Assembly: GCA_964475125.1 (NCBI GenBank)
Contig: CAYYWP010000002.1
Span: 2,036 to 66,035 of the forward strand
Reading direction: 5' to 3'
Origin: an uncultured Candidatus Binatia bacterium
GTDB taxonomy: Bacteria; Desulfobacterota; Binatia; HRBIN30; CADEER01
DNA: 64,000 bases
Each line of letters opens with the position of its first letter. Position 1 is the stretch's first letter. The position numbers and the translations under genes were made by a program. Under the pieces are notes generated by a model. The model did no database searches. It was not told where the DNA came from and worked only from the letters and a program-made list of their open reading frames with translations. This document shows positions 37,633-47,099 of this stretch, in pieces.

Positions 37633-38814
37633 TCACATGCCGTCCACGTAGAGCAGGTAGGGCGAGATGCCCAGCGGCTCGATCGCACCCCGGGCTTTGC
37701 CCGTCTTCACGTCGTACACCACCAGGCTGGGCTTCTCGGTGAGCGTATAGAGCTGGGTCGCCTCGAGGTCCGGGCTCACCGCCAGCGACACCGCGTGATC
37801 CTTGAGCGTAATGCGGCTCACCCGTTTCTTCGCCGCGACGTCGAACACCCACACCTCATCGCCAGCCTGTTTGTGCGTCCAGCGCGCGCCCTCGTGCATC
37901 AGCACGAACAGCCGCTGGCCGGCGGAGTGGAACCCCGACATCTGCCAGCCGCCTGGCCGCCAGTGCTCGGCCTTGTCCTCGGCGGTGAGCAAGGACCACT
38001 GGGGCAGCATCTTCGCTTTCTCCTGCGACAGATCCACCGGGTAGACGTTGCCCTCGTAGCTGATGAAGTAGACGGTTTGGCGTTGCTTGTCGAAGGCCGA
38101 ATGCTCGAAGACCGGATCGTTCTCGGCGTCGAAGAACGGGCCGTCGCGCACCACCGCGGCCTTGAGGGTGGCGTCGAAGCTCACCGTGGCCAGCGTGCCG
38201 TCCGAGCATACCGAGGAGAAGCGGTTGCCCGCGGAGGGGAAGATCAGGCCGCAGCCGGGGATCTCGATCTCGCCCTTGTAGCGCTTCTCCTTCGCGTCGA
38301 TCACGCTCACCGTGGTCGCCGGCGCCAGGTTGTAGGACAGCAGGTAGCGCCCGTCGGGCGTGATGTCGGCGTTCGGCTTCTTGGTTCCGACCAGGAAGCG
38401 GCCCTTGGGCATGGTCACTTCCGCGGTGATATTCAGCGTCTGTGGATCGAAGAACGTGACCAGATCGGTGCGATCGCCGCGATAGCCCTTCGACCAGTAG
38501 GTGTCGAACGTGAACAGCTGGGAGTGATCGGGGGCGAGCGCGAAATTGGCACAGTAGCCGGCGTTCATCATGCCCACAACGTCGATCGTGTCGGCGTCGA
38601 CCACCCAGACCTTGCTCGACACCAGATACGGCAACACCGGTTCGAGCACGTAGACGCGGTGCGGCCCGGCCGGCGGGAGCTTGGCGACCTGATGGACTTC
38701 GGCGCCCTGCAGCTTGGCGGTATCGGGCAGGTCGTCCTTGGCGACGCAGCGCGACAGCGGAAGCGATGCGGCCAGTGCCGCGGACAGCGCCGCGCAGAGC
38801 GATGCGACCTTCAT
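37633..38814 (-). CDS. mauB: methylamine (amine) dehydrogenase heavy chain, 7-bladed beta-propeller
   Basis: Signal peptide MKVASLCAALSAALAASLP. Then ...RVYVLEPVLPYLVSSKVWVVDADT...GYCANFALAPDHSQLF...TVYFISYEGNVYPVDL is colinear with MauB heavy chains. Confidence 0.85.
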   Translation of the reverse strand: MKVASLCAALSAALAASLPLSRCVAKDDLPDTAKLQGAEVHQVAKLPPAGPHRVYVLEPVLPYLVSSKVWVVDADTIDVVGMMNAGYCANFALAPDHSQLFTFDTYWSKGYRGDRTDLVTFFDPQTLNITAEVTMPKGRFLVGTKKPNADITPDGRYLLSYNLAPATTVSVIDAKEKRYKGEIEIPGCGLIFPSAGNRFSSVCSDGTLATVSFDATLKAAVVRDGPFFDAENDPVFEHSAFDKQRQTVYFISYEGNVYPVDLSQEKAKMLPQWSLLTAEDKAEHWRPGGWQMSGFHSAGQRLFVLMHEGARWTHKQAGDEVWVFDVAAKKRVSRITLKDHAVSLAVSPDLEATQLYTLTEKPSLVVYDVKTGKARGAIEPLGISPYLLYVDGM

Positions 38815-38994
38815 GGCGTCCCTCCCGGGAGGCGTCCGACTGCGGCCGGACTCAACCGGCGGGCGGAATACTCGGGGCCGCTGTCGCGATTGTCAACTGC
38901 CAGGCGCCGCGGTCGAAGCCCCGGACACCAGCAGCTCCGCCCCACCGGCCGGTTTGCCGCCTCATCGCCGCGCGGTTGGGACGACGGTCAGCGA

Positions 38995-39765
38995 TCAATG
39001 GCCGGCGCTGAGTCCGCCGTCGACGGCCAGTATCGCGCCCGTCGTGTAGCTCGCGAAGGGTGCCGCCAGGTACAGCACGGCACCCGCGCACTCGTCCACG
39101 GTGCCGATGCGTCCCATGGGAACGCTGTCGCTCACGTGGTCGATCAGGGCGGCGCCGCCGATCGCCTCGCCGTCCCCGCGTAGCATTGGCGTGTCGATCC
39201 AGCCCGGACAGAGGGCGTTGACGCGGACGCCCTCCTTCGCCAGCGCCAGGGAAAGCATACGGGTCATGTGGACGACGCCCCCCTCGGTTGCCGCCTGCAC
39301 GGCGGCGCCCGGCCGCAGCCCGATGACGCCGGCGACGGAGGCGACGTTGATCACCACGCCCTTGCTCGCCTTCAGCGCCGGCAGGCAGCGCTGCGTGGTG
39401 AAGAACACGGCCTTGAGGTTCAGGTCAGTCATCTGCTGCCAGTACTCGTCGCTGACCTGGTCGAGCGGCGCGTCGGCGCCGCGGTCGACATTGTTCACCA
39501 GGATATCCAGGCCGCCCATCGCCGCGAGCGCAGCGGCCACGACTTCCTGGCGCTGAGGGGCGGATGCCACGTCCCCAGGCGCGGCGATCAGGCGCTGGCC
39601 GCCGCCGAGTCGCGCGATCGCCGCGCGCACGCCCTCGGCGCTGCGCCCGTTGACCGCCACGCTCGCGCCGAGGGCGTGGAACGCCTCCGCGGCGCTCAGG
39701 CCGATGCCCGTCGTCCCGCAGGTGACCAGCACCCGCTTGGCGGTGAAATCCAATTGGAACTTCAT
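38995..39765 (-). CDS. SDR-family protein with degenerate catalytic residues (probable pseudo-enzyme paralog)
   Basis: Rossmann motif VLVTCGTTGIGLS is present. NNAG is replaced by NNVDRG. The catalytic YxxxK position reads AAVQAATEGG, with neither Tyr nor Lys. The neighbouring paralog retains YAISK. Confidence 0.75.
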   Translation of the reverse strand: MKFQLDFTAKRVLVTCGTTGIGLSAAEAFHALGASVAVNGRSAEGVRAAIARLGGGQRLIAAPGDVASAPQRQEVVAAALAAMGGLDILVNNVDRGADAPLDQVSDEYWQQMTDLNLKAVFFTTQRCLPALKASKGVVINVASVAGVIGLRPGAAVQAATEGGVVHMTRMLSLALAKEGVRVNALCPGWIDTPMLRGDGEAIGGAALIDHVSDSVPMGRIGTVDECAGAVLYLAAPFASYTTGAILAVDGGLSAGH

Positions 39766-39819
39766 GCGTGCACCGTCTCCCGTGCGCCCGGACTGTTCAC
39801 TGTGAACCGCGCGGGTGGG

Positions 39820-40608
39820 TTACTGAGGCGGAGCGGCGATGTTGGAGCCGCCCCAGCTCGAGTTGGCGAGGCAGCCGCCGTCGTTGACGAGAACCGAGCC
39901 GGTCACGTAGCTCGCGTCCTCCGATGCGGCATACACGATCGCCGATGCCCCCTCGCCGAGCGTGCCGATGCGGGCCATCGGCACCGAGCGCCTGACGAAG
40001 TCGTAAATCTGGCCGCCCGTGGCCGCATTCTCAGCCTGTATCAGCGGCGTGTCGATGTAGCCCGGACACACCGCGTTGATGCGGATGCCATCGCCGACGA
40101 GCTCGAGCGCCAGCGCTTTCGTCATGCTCACCAGCGCGCCCTTGCTGATGGCGTACACGAAGCTGTCCGTCGGCCCGGCGCAGAGCCCGGCCACCGACGA
40201 CACCATGACGACGTTGCCCTTCGAACGCCGCAGCGCCGGCAGCGCGAACTTGGTGCAAAACATCGGCGCGCGCAGGTTGACGGTCATGATGTCATCCCAG
40301 TGCTCCTCGGTGACATCCATGACGAAGGCGAGCGGGTTGACGCCGGCGTTGTTCACCAGCACGTCGAGACCGCCGAGGCCCTGGATGGCGGCGTCGACGA
40401 CCGACCAGCACCCGGCGACCGTGCCGAGGTCGCCAGTTGCCGCCACGAGGCGCTGGCCGCCCATGTCGCGGATCGCCTGATCCACTCCGCTCGCCTTGCG
40501 ACCGTTGATGGCGACGCTCGCACCCGCTGCGAGGAACATCTCCGCGGCCGCACGTCCGATGCCCATCGTGCTGCCGGTGACCAGAACCTTCTTGCCGGTG
40601 AAATCCAT
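39820..40608 (-). CDS. SDR-family NAD(P)-dependent oxidoreductase
   Basis: VLVTGSTMGIGRAAA, NNAGVN, SSVAGLCAG...YAISKGAL, PGYIDTP. All canonical SDR motifs are present. Confidence 0.85.
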   Translation of the reverse strand: MDFTGKKVLVTGSTMGIGRAAAEMFLAAGASVAINGRKASGVDQAIRDMGGQRLVAATGDLGTVAGCWSVVDAAIQGLGGLDVLVNNAGVNPLAFVMDVTEEHWDDIMTVNLRAPMFCTKFALPALRRSKGNVVMVSSVAGLCAGPTDSFVYAISKGALVSMTKALALELVGDGIRINAVCPGYIDTPLIQAENAATGGQIYDFVRRSVPMARIGTLGEGASAIVYAASEDASYVTGSVLVNDGGCLANSSWGGSNIAAPPQ

Positions 40609-40680
40609 CGCACGCTCCCCCGTGCCTAGACGCCGACCGCTGCCGAAAATCGCCCGACCGCCGGAACGCTAGCCTTGCTT

Positions 40681-41031
40681 GATCTGAACAAAAAACCTCA
40701 ACGCAGAGCCTCAGAGTACAAAGAGGAAACAGAGGCAGCGTGCATGAGTTCGAGCGCTAGTGTCCTGTATCCGAAATTCGCTGCCTATCTCGGCGGCCCT
40801 CAGCGCCCCTGGCGGCGTTGGCCTCCTCGGAATATAGCCAGATATTCCTGCGTCGGCCGCCTTGCCAAGGCCGCCGATGCCTCGCCGATATATGCAACGA
40901 ATTTCGGATACAGGACACTAGCTGATCGTCATCGTCAACTGGGTTTGGGGTTCACTCTCGAGACCCTCGTGCTCCGCGTTCCTCCGCGGCCTCCGCGCCT
41001 CTGCGCTGAGTTTCTTTTTTCCGATCAAGCC
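40681..41031. mobile_element. MITE-like element, long copy (about 350 bp) with a internal 23-bp perfect inverted repeat
   Basis: Termini cttgatctgaacaaaaaacctcaacgcagag / ctctgcgctgagtttcttttttccgatcaag form a about 31-bp imperfect TIR (about 26/31 matches). The internal tagtgtcctgtatccgaaattcg ... cgaatttcggatacaggacacta is a 23-bp perfect inverted repeat around a about 115-nt loop. The flanking internal blocks (gcgtgcatgagttcgagcgct, atcgtcatcgtcaa) are shared with 32548-32716. Confidence 0.7.
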
Positions 41032-41152
41032 TAGCACGACCGGCCCCGCTCTCAAGCGCGCGGTTGTCGATTCCGACCAGTCCCTGTCTTGCTGGCCCGC
41101 CGGCCATCCGTCACCATGGCGCCGTCGATTCAACCGAGGGAAGGAGACGTTC

Positions 41153-41593
41153 ATGACCGTGCAGCCGTCGACCATCGAGGTGGAGGTGGAACGCTGGTAC
41201 CGGGATGCCTTCGAGAAGCCCATCGTGGGGAAGCAGCAGCCGTTCGTCGACGCGGTCGCAGCGGTGTACGCGTCGCCGATGCGCTATCTCGAACTCGACG
41301 GCGAGATCATGCTCGGCGACGCAGCGGCCGCGAAGGCGTTCATCCAGGGCTTCTCGGACTGGCTGGACGCGGCGCCGGGTTGGACGGCAAGGGTGGCGCG
41401 CATCCAGGTGCGGGCGCTGAACGCCAGCGCCGCGGCGCTGGTGGTGGATTGGCAGCTGCACGACGCCCAGGGCAAGTCGCTGGCAGGGGGTGACCCGGTG
41501 CAGTACTTCTACATGGTGTCGAAGCACGCAGGCGGCTGGAAGGTCGTCGGCGAGGCGACGGTCATGGCGGAAACCCGGATCGACTTCGCGTGA
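41153..41593 (+). CDS. NTF2-like / SnoaL-like fold protein
   Basis: 146-aa ORF with the alpha+beta cone pattern of the NTF2-like superfamily (WYRDAFEK...YFYMVSKHAGGWKVVGEATVM). The GC3 bias is like that of neighbouring genes. Confidence 0.45.
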   Translation: MTVQPSTIEVEVERWYRDAFEKPIVGKQQPFVDAVAAVYASPMRYLELDGEIMLGDAAAAKAFIQGFSDWLDAAPGWTARVARIQVRALNASAAALVVDWQLHDAQGKSLAGGDPVQYFYMVSKHAGGWKVVGEATVMAETRIDFA

Positions 41594-41723
41594 GCCGGCG
41601 CGCGAGGGTCCGGACGGGGCGACACACGCCGGCCGTCTCGCCATGGGGACCCCGGACTGTCGAGGCGGTGCGCTCCACCGCCCCAACGAGTCACTACCGA
41701 GGCAATTCAAGACCGCTGAGACG

Positions 41724-42908
41724 TCAGTGAACGGGCGTCGGCGGACACGGCTGGCAGGCGCAGCGGTCGATACCGGCGACGTGCTGCAAGATGCGTACGG
41801 CATCCAGCGTGCTGACCGTACCGTCGTCGGTGAGGTCGCACTGCGATGGCGGCGGCGTCGCGGGCGGCAAGGTGTCGGTCACGACGAGAAGCACGCCGTC
41901 GGTATCACTGCCGACGTACAGGCGGCCGGCGTTATCCGCGGCCAACGCACCCGGTTTGGACACCGGCAACGCCGCGGGGTCGAACGAGACGTCGGACGGC
42001 GTTACGACATCGCGTGCGCCTTGCGCAGCACCAGTGCCGAGGACGGTCGTGATGATGCCGTCCGTGCCTACCCGTCGAATCCGATTGCCGTCGGCGATGT
42101 AGATCACACCCGCCGGACTCACGGTGAGCGTGGGGGGGCTTGAGAGTCTGGCCTGGGTTGCAGGTCCACCATCACCGCTGAACCCGAAGGTGCCATTGCC
42201 CGCCACCGTAGTGATGATGCCTGCGTTGTCCACCCGCCGGATGCGCTGATTGATGGTGTCGGCGATGTAGACGTTGCCGCCCTGCGCGAACACATCGCTG
42301 GGGTTTCGCAACCCCGCGGCCGTGGCAGGGCCGCCGTCGCCATGGAAGCTGGCAGTACCATCGCCGGCAAACGGCGCGAATGTACACGGGGCGGTGCACG
42401 GCGTGGCAATCTTCCAGATGCGCCCGCTCGCCGGATCGGCGACATAAACGGCGCGGCTGTCCGACGTCAAACCGGCCGGCTGCGCAACCCCCTGAAAGAT
42501 CACGACATCTTCCACGTCGCCGGCCGTGCTGATCCGCCGAACCCGTTGCCGCGAGAGCTCGACCCAATATACCAGACCGTCGCCGCCCTCAGTCACGTCG
42601 TTGGGCGTCCACAGCCGCGCGGTCGTCGCCGAGCCGCCCCGCGTGCCGCGCACGCCGGAGCCCGCGATGCGGATGATGGAGCCGTCCGGCAGGAGCTTGC
42701 GCACGCTCACGCATTGCGTATCGGCGATGAGCAGCCCGCTGGGTGTCAAGCTGATGCCGCGCGGAAAGATCGCCGCAGACAGCGCCGGCCCGCCATCCCC
42801 ACAGCCGCGCCCCGCTACGTCGCTGACCACGAACGCGGGTATCGATGCCGCTGACAGCGTGACCGCGGCGGCAACTGCCAGCCAAACAGCATAGCGATGC
42901 CACCGCAT
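41724..42908 (-). CDS. secreted NHL-repeat beta-propeller protein with a dockerin-like C-terminal Ca-binding motif
   Basis: Signal peptide MRWHRYAVWLAVAAAVTLSAAS. Repeated NHL-like blades (GNVYIADTINQRIRRVDNAGIITTVAG, GVIYIADGNRIRRVGTDGIITTVLG). C-terminal DLTDDGTVSTLDAVRILQHVAG resembles a dockerin / EF-hand loop. Confidence 0.6.
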   Translation of the reverse strand: MRWHRYAVWLAVAAAVTLSAASIPAFVVSDVAGRGCGDGGPALSAAIFPRGISLTPSGLLIADTQCVSVRKLLPDGSIIRIAGSGVRGTRGGSATTARLWTPNDVTEGGDGLVYWVELSRQRVRRISTAGDVEDVVIFQGVAQPAGLTSDSRAVYVADPASGRIWKIATPCTAPCTFAPFAGDGTASFHGDGGPATAAGLRNPSDVFAQGGNVYIADTINQRIRRVDNAGIITTVAGNGTFGFSGDGGPATQARLSSPPTLTVSPAGVIYIADGNRIRRVGTDGIITTVLGTGAAQGARDVVTPSDVSFDPAALPVSKPGALAADNAGRLYVGSDTDGVLLVVTDTLPPATPPPSQCDLTDDGTVSTLDAVRILQHVAGIDRCACQPCPPTPVH

Positions 42909-43112
42909 GACGCGACTAGCCGTCGCGCAGCGCCTGGCCCTGAATGCAGCGCGGCGACCACCGCGGCACACCGAACCGGACTCCATTGCTAGGTCCAGCA
43001 TGGTACCCACGACCGCACGCTATGCGGAGATGACGAGCTGTTGCAAGAACCGACTGCCGACATGGGGTAACGCGATTACCGCGTTGCGCCACGGCGATGA
43101 CGCGGCGCGGCT

Positions 43113-43391
43113 TCATTGCGCATTGGCTGGGCGCGCCGCTCTGCCCTCCGGCCGTCGGATTTCCAAGCGCTTCATCCGGCTGCGCAGCGTATTGGGATGG
43201 AGGCCGAGCATCTTGGCCGCGCCGTGGGGACCGTCGATGCGCCAGCCGGTTTCGTTCAAGGCCATGCGGATATGTCGCTTCTCCATGTCCGCCAAACTCA
43301 GGAGCCTGGACGACGTGTCCGCCGTGTCCGGTGGCGCAGCCGCTCGCGACTTCGGCTTCGGTTCGCCGAACCTGCCCTCACCGGCGAACAC
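43113..43391 (-). pseudogene. remnant of a sigma-54-dependent (NtrC-family) activator: only the C-terminal Fis-type HTH is present
   Basis: LSLADMEKRHIRMALNETGWRIDGPHGAAKMLGLHPNTLRSRMKRLEI matches the HTH_8/Fis DNA-binding domain. No AAA+ or receiver domain lies upstream. Confidence 0.55.
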
Positions 43392-43759
43392 GTGTTCCGG
43401 GATCTAGTATCAAGCGAATAGGACCGGCGACTCCCGAGCATTGCCGCGTTTCTCCCCTCCGCGCGATGTGAGCTTGACCTGCTCCGGAGCCGGGCTGACC
43501 CTGATTCTCGAGGTGGGGCTCGGTGTCAAGGAAGCCGTCCGAGCCGCCCACGAGATTTCGTGGCCACGAAAAGCCGAGACCTCGCGGCGGGCGCTGGGCT
43601 CGGCTTGGGTGCGATTGCGATGTCCTTTCGCGGCTACCCGGTTTGGCGGGGAATGTGCTTTAGTCATTCCTGAACGGGGTGCAGCATCCGCCGAAGGGTG
43701 CTTGGCTCCGCGCCGACAAAGTCAGCCCCGCAAGATCACAACCGGAAGGGAGGATGCAC

Positions 43760-44803
43760 ATGCAGTTCAGCCTCATGATCGAAACCAATCCACAGGCTCC
43801 GGCGCTCGCGAAGCTGGCCGAAGAGAACGGCTTCAACTGTCTCTTCATGATCGACACGCATATCGGTTGGCGGGAGGTGGTCCCGTATTTGACCTTGTGC
43901 GCGCACCAGACGAAGCGGCTGCGCATCGGCACGCTGGTGACCAATCCGGTCACGCGCCACCCGACCGTGGTCGCGAGCTACTTCGCCACGCTGCAGGAGA
44001 TCTCCAACGGGCGCATGGTCTGTGGCATCGCCAAGGGCGACTCCGCCACGCGCGTCATGGGCGAGCGGCAGGCGACCATGAAGGAGTTCCGCGAGGGGGT
44101 CGACCTGATCAAGCGGATGATGAACGGCGAGGAGATCCTGTACACGCCGAAACATCCCGACCGTTCGGCCTGGCTCAAGCAGGCCGGCGGCAAGCCGCTG
44201 AAGATCAAGTTCCACTGGTACAAGCCGCCCGCCAAGGTGCCGGTGTACATCGGTGGCTACGGCCCCAAGACCTTGCAGTTCGCCGGCGAGGTGGCGGACG
44301 CCGTGGTGGTGCAGGCGCCGAATCCCGATTCGCTGCGCTGGTCGCTCGGTCATGCGCACGCCGGCGCACGCCGCGTCGGTCGCGACCCGGCGACGTTGAA
44401 GACGGTGGTGTCGGGGCCGATCGTCCTCAACGACGACCTCAAACAGGCGCTGCGCGATGAGCGCTGGTTCGTGCAGGCCGTGTGGAACCACTCGGCGCAC
44501 CTGCTCGAGCACTACCGGCGCGAGGAGCTGCCCGAGTGCATGACCCTCGGGCTGCCGCAGGATTTCCACAGCGATTACACCGAGCACATCATCCGCGATG
44601 CCGAGGAGCTCTCGCAGGTGCCCGAGCGCGCCGTCGACCTGCTCACGGTCAGCGGGCCCGCCAGCCGCTGCATCGAGCGGCTCGAACAGCTCAAGGCCGG
44701 GGGCGCCAAGGAGTTCATCCACTACGCGGTGGCGAGACCGATGGCGGAGCTCGAGGCCACGATCCGCCGCATCGGCAAGGAGATCATTCCGCATTTCAGC
44801 TGA
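43760..44803 (+). CDS. LLM-class flavin/F420-dependent oxidoreductase, paralog of 967-2010
   Basis: MQFSLMIETNPQAPALAKLAEENGFNCLFMIDTHIGWREVVPYLTLCAHQTKRLRIGTLVTNPVTRHPTVVAS.... A GGAAGGGAGG RBS sits 7 nt upstream of ATG 43760. A 125-bp internal fragment is duplicated at 35101-35225. Confidence 0.85.
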   Translation: MQFSLMIETNPQAPALAKLAEENGFNCLFMIDTHIGWREVVPYLTLCAHQTKRLRIGTLVTNPVTRHPTVVASYFATLQEISNGRMVCGIAKGDSATRVMGERQATMKEFREGVDLIKRMMNGEEILYTPKHPDRSAWLKQAGGKPLKIKFHWYKPPAKVPVYIGGYGPKTLQFAGEVADAVVVQAPNPDSLRWSLGHAHAGARRVGRDPATLKTVVSGPIVLNDDLKQALRDERWFVQAVWNHSAHLLEHYRREELPECMTLGLPQDFHSDYTEHIIRDAEELSQVPERAVDLLTVSGPASRCIERLEQLKAGGAKEFIHYAVARPMAELEATIRRIGKEIIPHFS

Positions 44804-44978
44804 CCACCCGCTTTACCGCCGAGGGTGGGCCGTCTACACGTGCGGGCGGCGCGTCTCGCCGCCTCGGGAGGAGTTTGATGGGAGCCAGCATCGCCGGAGC
44901 ATCGCTGAGACGCGTCGAGGGCCCGCGCGTCCTCACCGCCCAGGTAGAAGCGGGATCCTGGCTTCGAGGTGACGCGGC

Positions 44979-47099
44979 ATGAAGCGAGTCGGGGTCGACG
45001 TCGGCGGCACCTTCACCGACCTGATCTACGTCGACGACGAGACGGGTGAGATCCGCGTCCACAAGCTACCCACCACGCCGCACGATCCGTCGCGCGGTAC
45101 CGTGCAAGGGATCGAGGAGCTCTCGAAGGCCGCGGGGCAGAGCCCCGCGGCGCTCGACCAGGTGTTCCACGGCACGACGATCGCGACCAACATCGTCATC
45201 GAGCACTCGGGCGCCAAGGTCGGGTTGATCACCACCGAGGGCTACCGGGACATCCTCCACATCGCCCGGCACAAGAAGCCGTTCAACTTTTCAATCTACC
45301 AGGACTTGCCGTGGCAACGGTACCCGATCGTGCGGCGGCGCTACCGGTTGACGGTGCCGGAGCGCATCACCAAGGACGGCTCGGTGCTGGTGCCGCTCGA
45401 CGAGGAGCGGGCGCGCGAGCAGGTCAGGAAACTGAAGCAGGCCGGCGTCGAGGCCGTCGCGGTCTGCTTCCTCTTCTCGTTCTTGAACCCGCAGCACGAG
45501 CAGCGGGTGGCGGCGATCCTGCGCGAGGAGTTCCCCGAGGCCTTTCTGTCCGTGTCCTCCGAGGTGCTGCCGCAATACCGCGAGTACGAGCGCTTCTCGA
45601 CCGTCTGCCTCAACGCCTACGTCGGTCCCAAGGTGGCGACCTACGTGCGGCGCCTCGAATCGGAGCTGCGCGGGCTCGGAGTGAAGACGGGGGTCCACCT
45701 GATGACCTCGGCGAGCGGCGTGTCGACGGCGGAGGCGGCGACGGCACGGCCGGTCAACCTGCTCATGTCGGGTCCGGTCGCCGGCGTCGTCGGCGGGATC
45801 TGGGCCGGGAAACAGGCGGGCTACGAAAACGTGATCACGCTCGACGTCGGCGGCACCTCGGCCGACATCGGGCTGGCGCAGGAAGGTCGGCTGCGCATGA
45901 AGCACCTGCTCGACACCAAGGTCGGGCCCTATCAGGCGATGATTCCGATGGTCGACGTCGACACGATCGGCGCCGGCGGCGGCTCGATCGCCTACGTCGA
46001 CCAGGGCGGCCTGTACCGCGTCGGGCCGCGCTCGGCGGGTGCCGACCCGGGTCCGGCGGCCTACGGGCGCGGCGGCACGGAGGCAACCGCGACGGACGCG
46101 ATGGTCAACCTCGGATGGCTCTCGCCGGACGACTTCCTCGGCGGCGGCATGCGGCTGCGGCCCGAGCTGGCGCGCCGGGTCTTCCAGGAGGGCCCGGGAG
46201 CCGCGCTCGGGATGTCGGTCGAGGAGGCGTCGATGGGCGCCGTGCAGATCCTCACCCACTCGATGGTGCAGGCGATCGAACAGAACTCGGTGCGCAAGGG
46301 CTTCGACCCGCGCGATTTCGTGCTCGTCGCCGAGGGCGGGGCGGGCCCCCTCTTCGCCGCCCAGATCGCGCTCGAGGTGGGGACGCCACACGTGCTCGTC
46401 CCGCCCTATCCCGGGGTGACCGCGGCGATGGGGCTGCTCGCCACCGACATGGTCTACGAGTACGCGATGACGACGTACCAGCGCCTCTCGGCGCTCGACG
46501 CGCCCGCGTTGCAGCTCGCCTTCGAGCAGCTCGAGCAGCGCGCCATGGCCCAGCTCCGGGCCGATGGGGTCCCCACCGAGCGGAGCGTGCTCCAGCGCGT
46601 GGCCGACTGCCGCTACTTCGGCCAGGGCTACGAGCTCCGCGTCGAGGCCGGCTCCGGCGCGATCGACCACGACTGGGTGGAGCGGCTGCGGGCGGACTTC
46701 CATCAGATCCACGAGCGCGAGTATTCGCGCCGCTTCGAAGAGGCGGATATCGAGATCCCGAACATCCGCGTCCGCGGCGTCGGTCTCCAGCCGCCACTGG
46801 AGATTTCCGAGATCGAGCCGGGCAGCGACTCGGCCGAGGCGGCGCGCACCCGCGAGGGCGAGGCGTGGTTCCGCGTCGACGGCGCGCTGCGCCAAGTGCG
46901 CACGCGCTACTACGACCGCGCCAAGCTGCGGGCCGGCAACCGCCTGCACGGGCCGGCGATCATCAATCAGTACGATTCGACGACGGTGATCCCGCCGGGG
47001 CTCTCCGCGCATGTAGACCGCTATGGCAATATCGTGATCACCATCGGTTCCGCCGCGGGTGTCGAGGCGGGCGCGGTGGGGACGGAGGCGAAGACATGA
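44979..47099 (+). CDS. hyuA: hydantoinase A / oxoprolinase family, second copy
   Basis: MKRVGVDVGGTFTDLIYVDDETGEIRVHKLPTTPHDP...ITLDVGGTSADI. 706 aa, paralogous to 17241-19349. Confidence 0.9.
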   Translation: MKRVGVDVGGTFTDLIYVDDETGEIRVHKLPTTPHDPSRGTVQGIEELSKAAGQSPAALDQVFHGTTIATNIVIEHSGAKVGLITTEGYRDILHIARHKKPFNFSIYQDLPWQRYPIVRRRYRLTVPERITKDGSVLVPLDEERAREQVRKLKQAGVEAVAVCFLFSFLNPQHEQRVAAILREEFPEAFLSVSSEVLPQYREYERFSTVCLNAYVGPKVATYVRRLESELRGLGVKTGVHLMTSASGVSTAEAATARPVNLLMSGPVAGVVGGIWAGKQAGYENVITLDVGGTSADIGLAQEGRLRMKHLLDTKVGPYQAMIPMVDVDTIGAGGGSIAYVDQGGLYRVGPRSAGADPGPAAYGRGGTEATATDAMVNLGWLSPDDFLGGGMRLRPELARRVFQEGPGAALGMSVEEASMGAVQILTHSMVQAIEQNSVRKGFDPRDFVLVAEGGAGPLFAAQIALEVGTPHVLVPPYPGVTAAMGLLATDMVYEYAMTTYQRLSALDAPALQLAFEQLEQRAMAQLRADGVPTERSVLQRVADCRYFGQGYELRVEAGSGAIDHDWVERLRADFHQIHEREYSRRFEEADIEIPNIRVRGVGLQPPLEISEIEPGSDSAEAARTREGEAWFRVDGALRQVRTRYYDRAKLRAGNRLHGPAIINQYDSTTVIPPGLSAHVDRYGNIVITIGSAAGVEAGAVGTEAKT

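Noticed and set aside
40731-40760. tRNA-like T-loop (GAGTTCGAGCGCT) inside the MITE copies
   Set aside because: No acceptor stem, D-arm or anticodon arm can be built around it. The sequence is part of the repeat element.
41111-41803. 230-aa minus ORF opposite the NTF2-like gene
   Set aside because: Low-complexity Pro/Arg/Ser-rich translation without motifs. The plus-strand 146-aa ORF has a fold-like pattern and better start context, so it was preferred, though only weakly.
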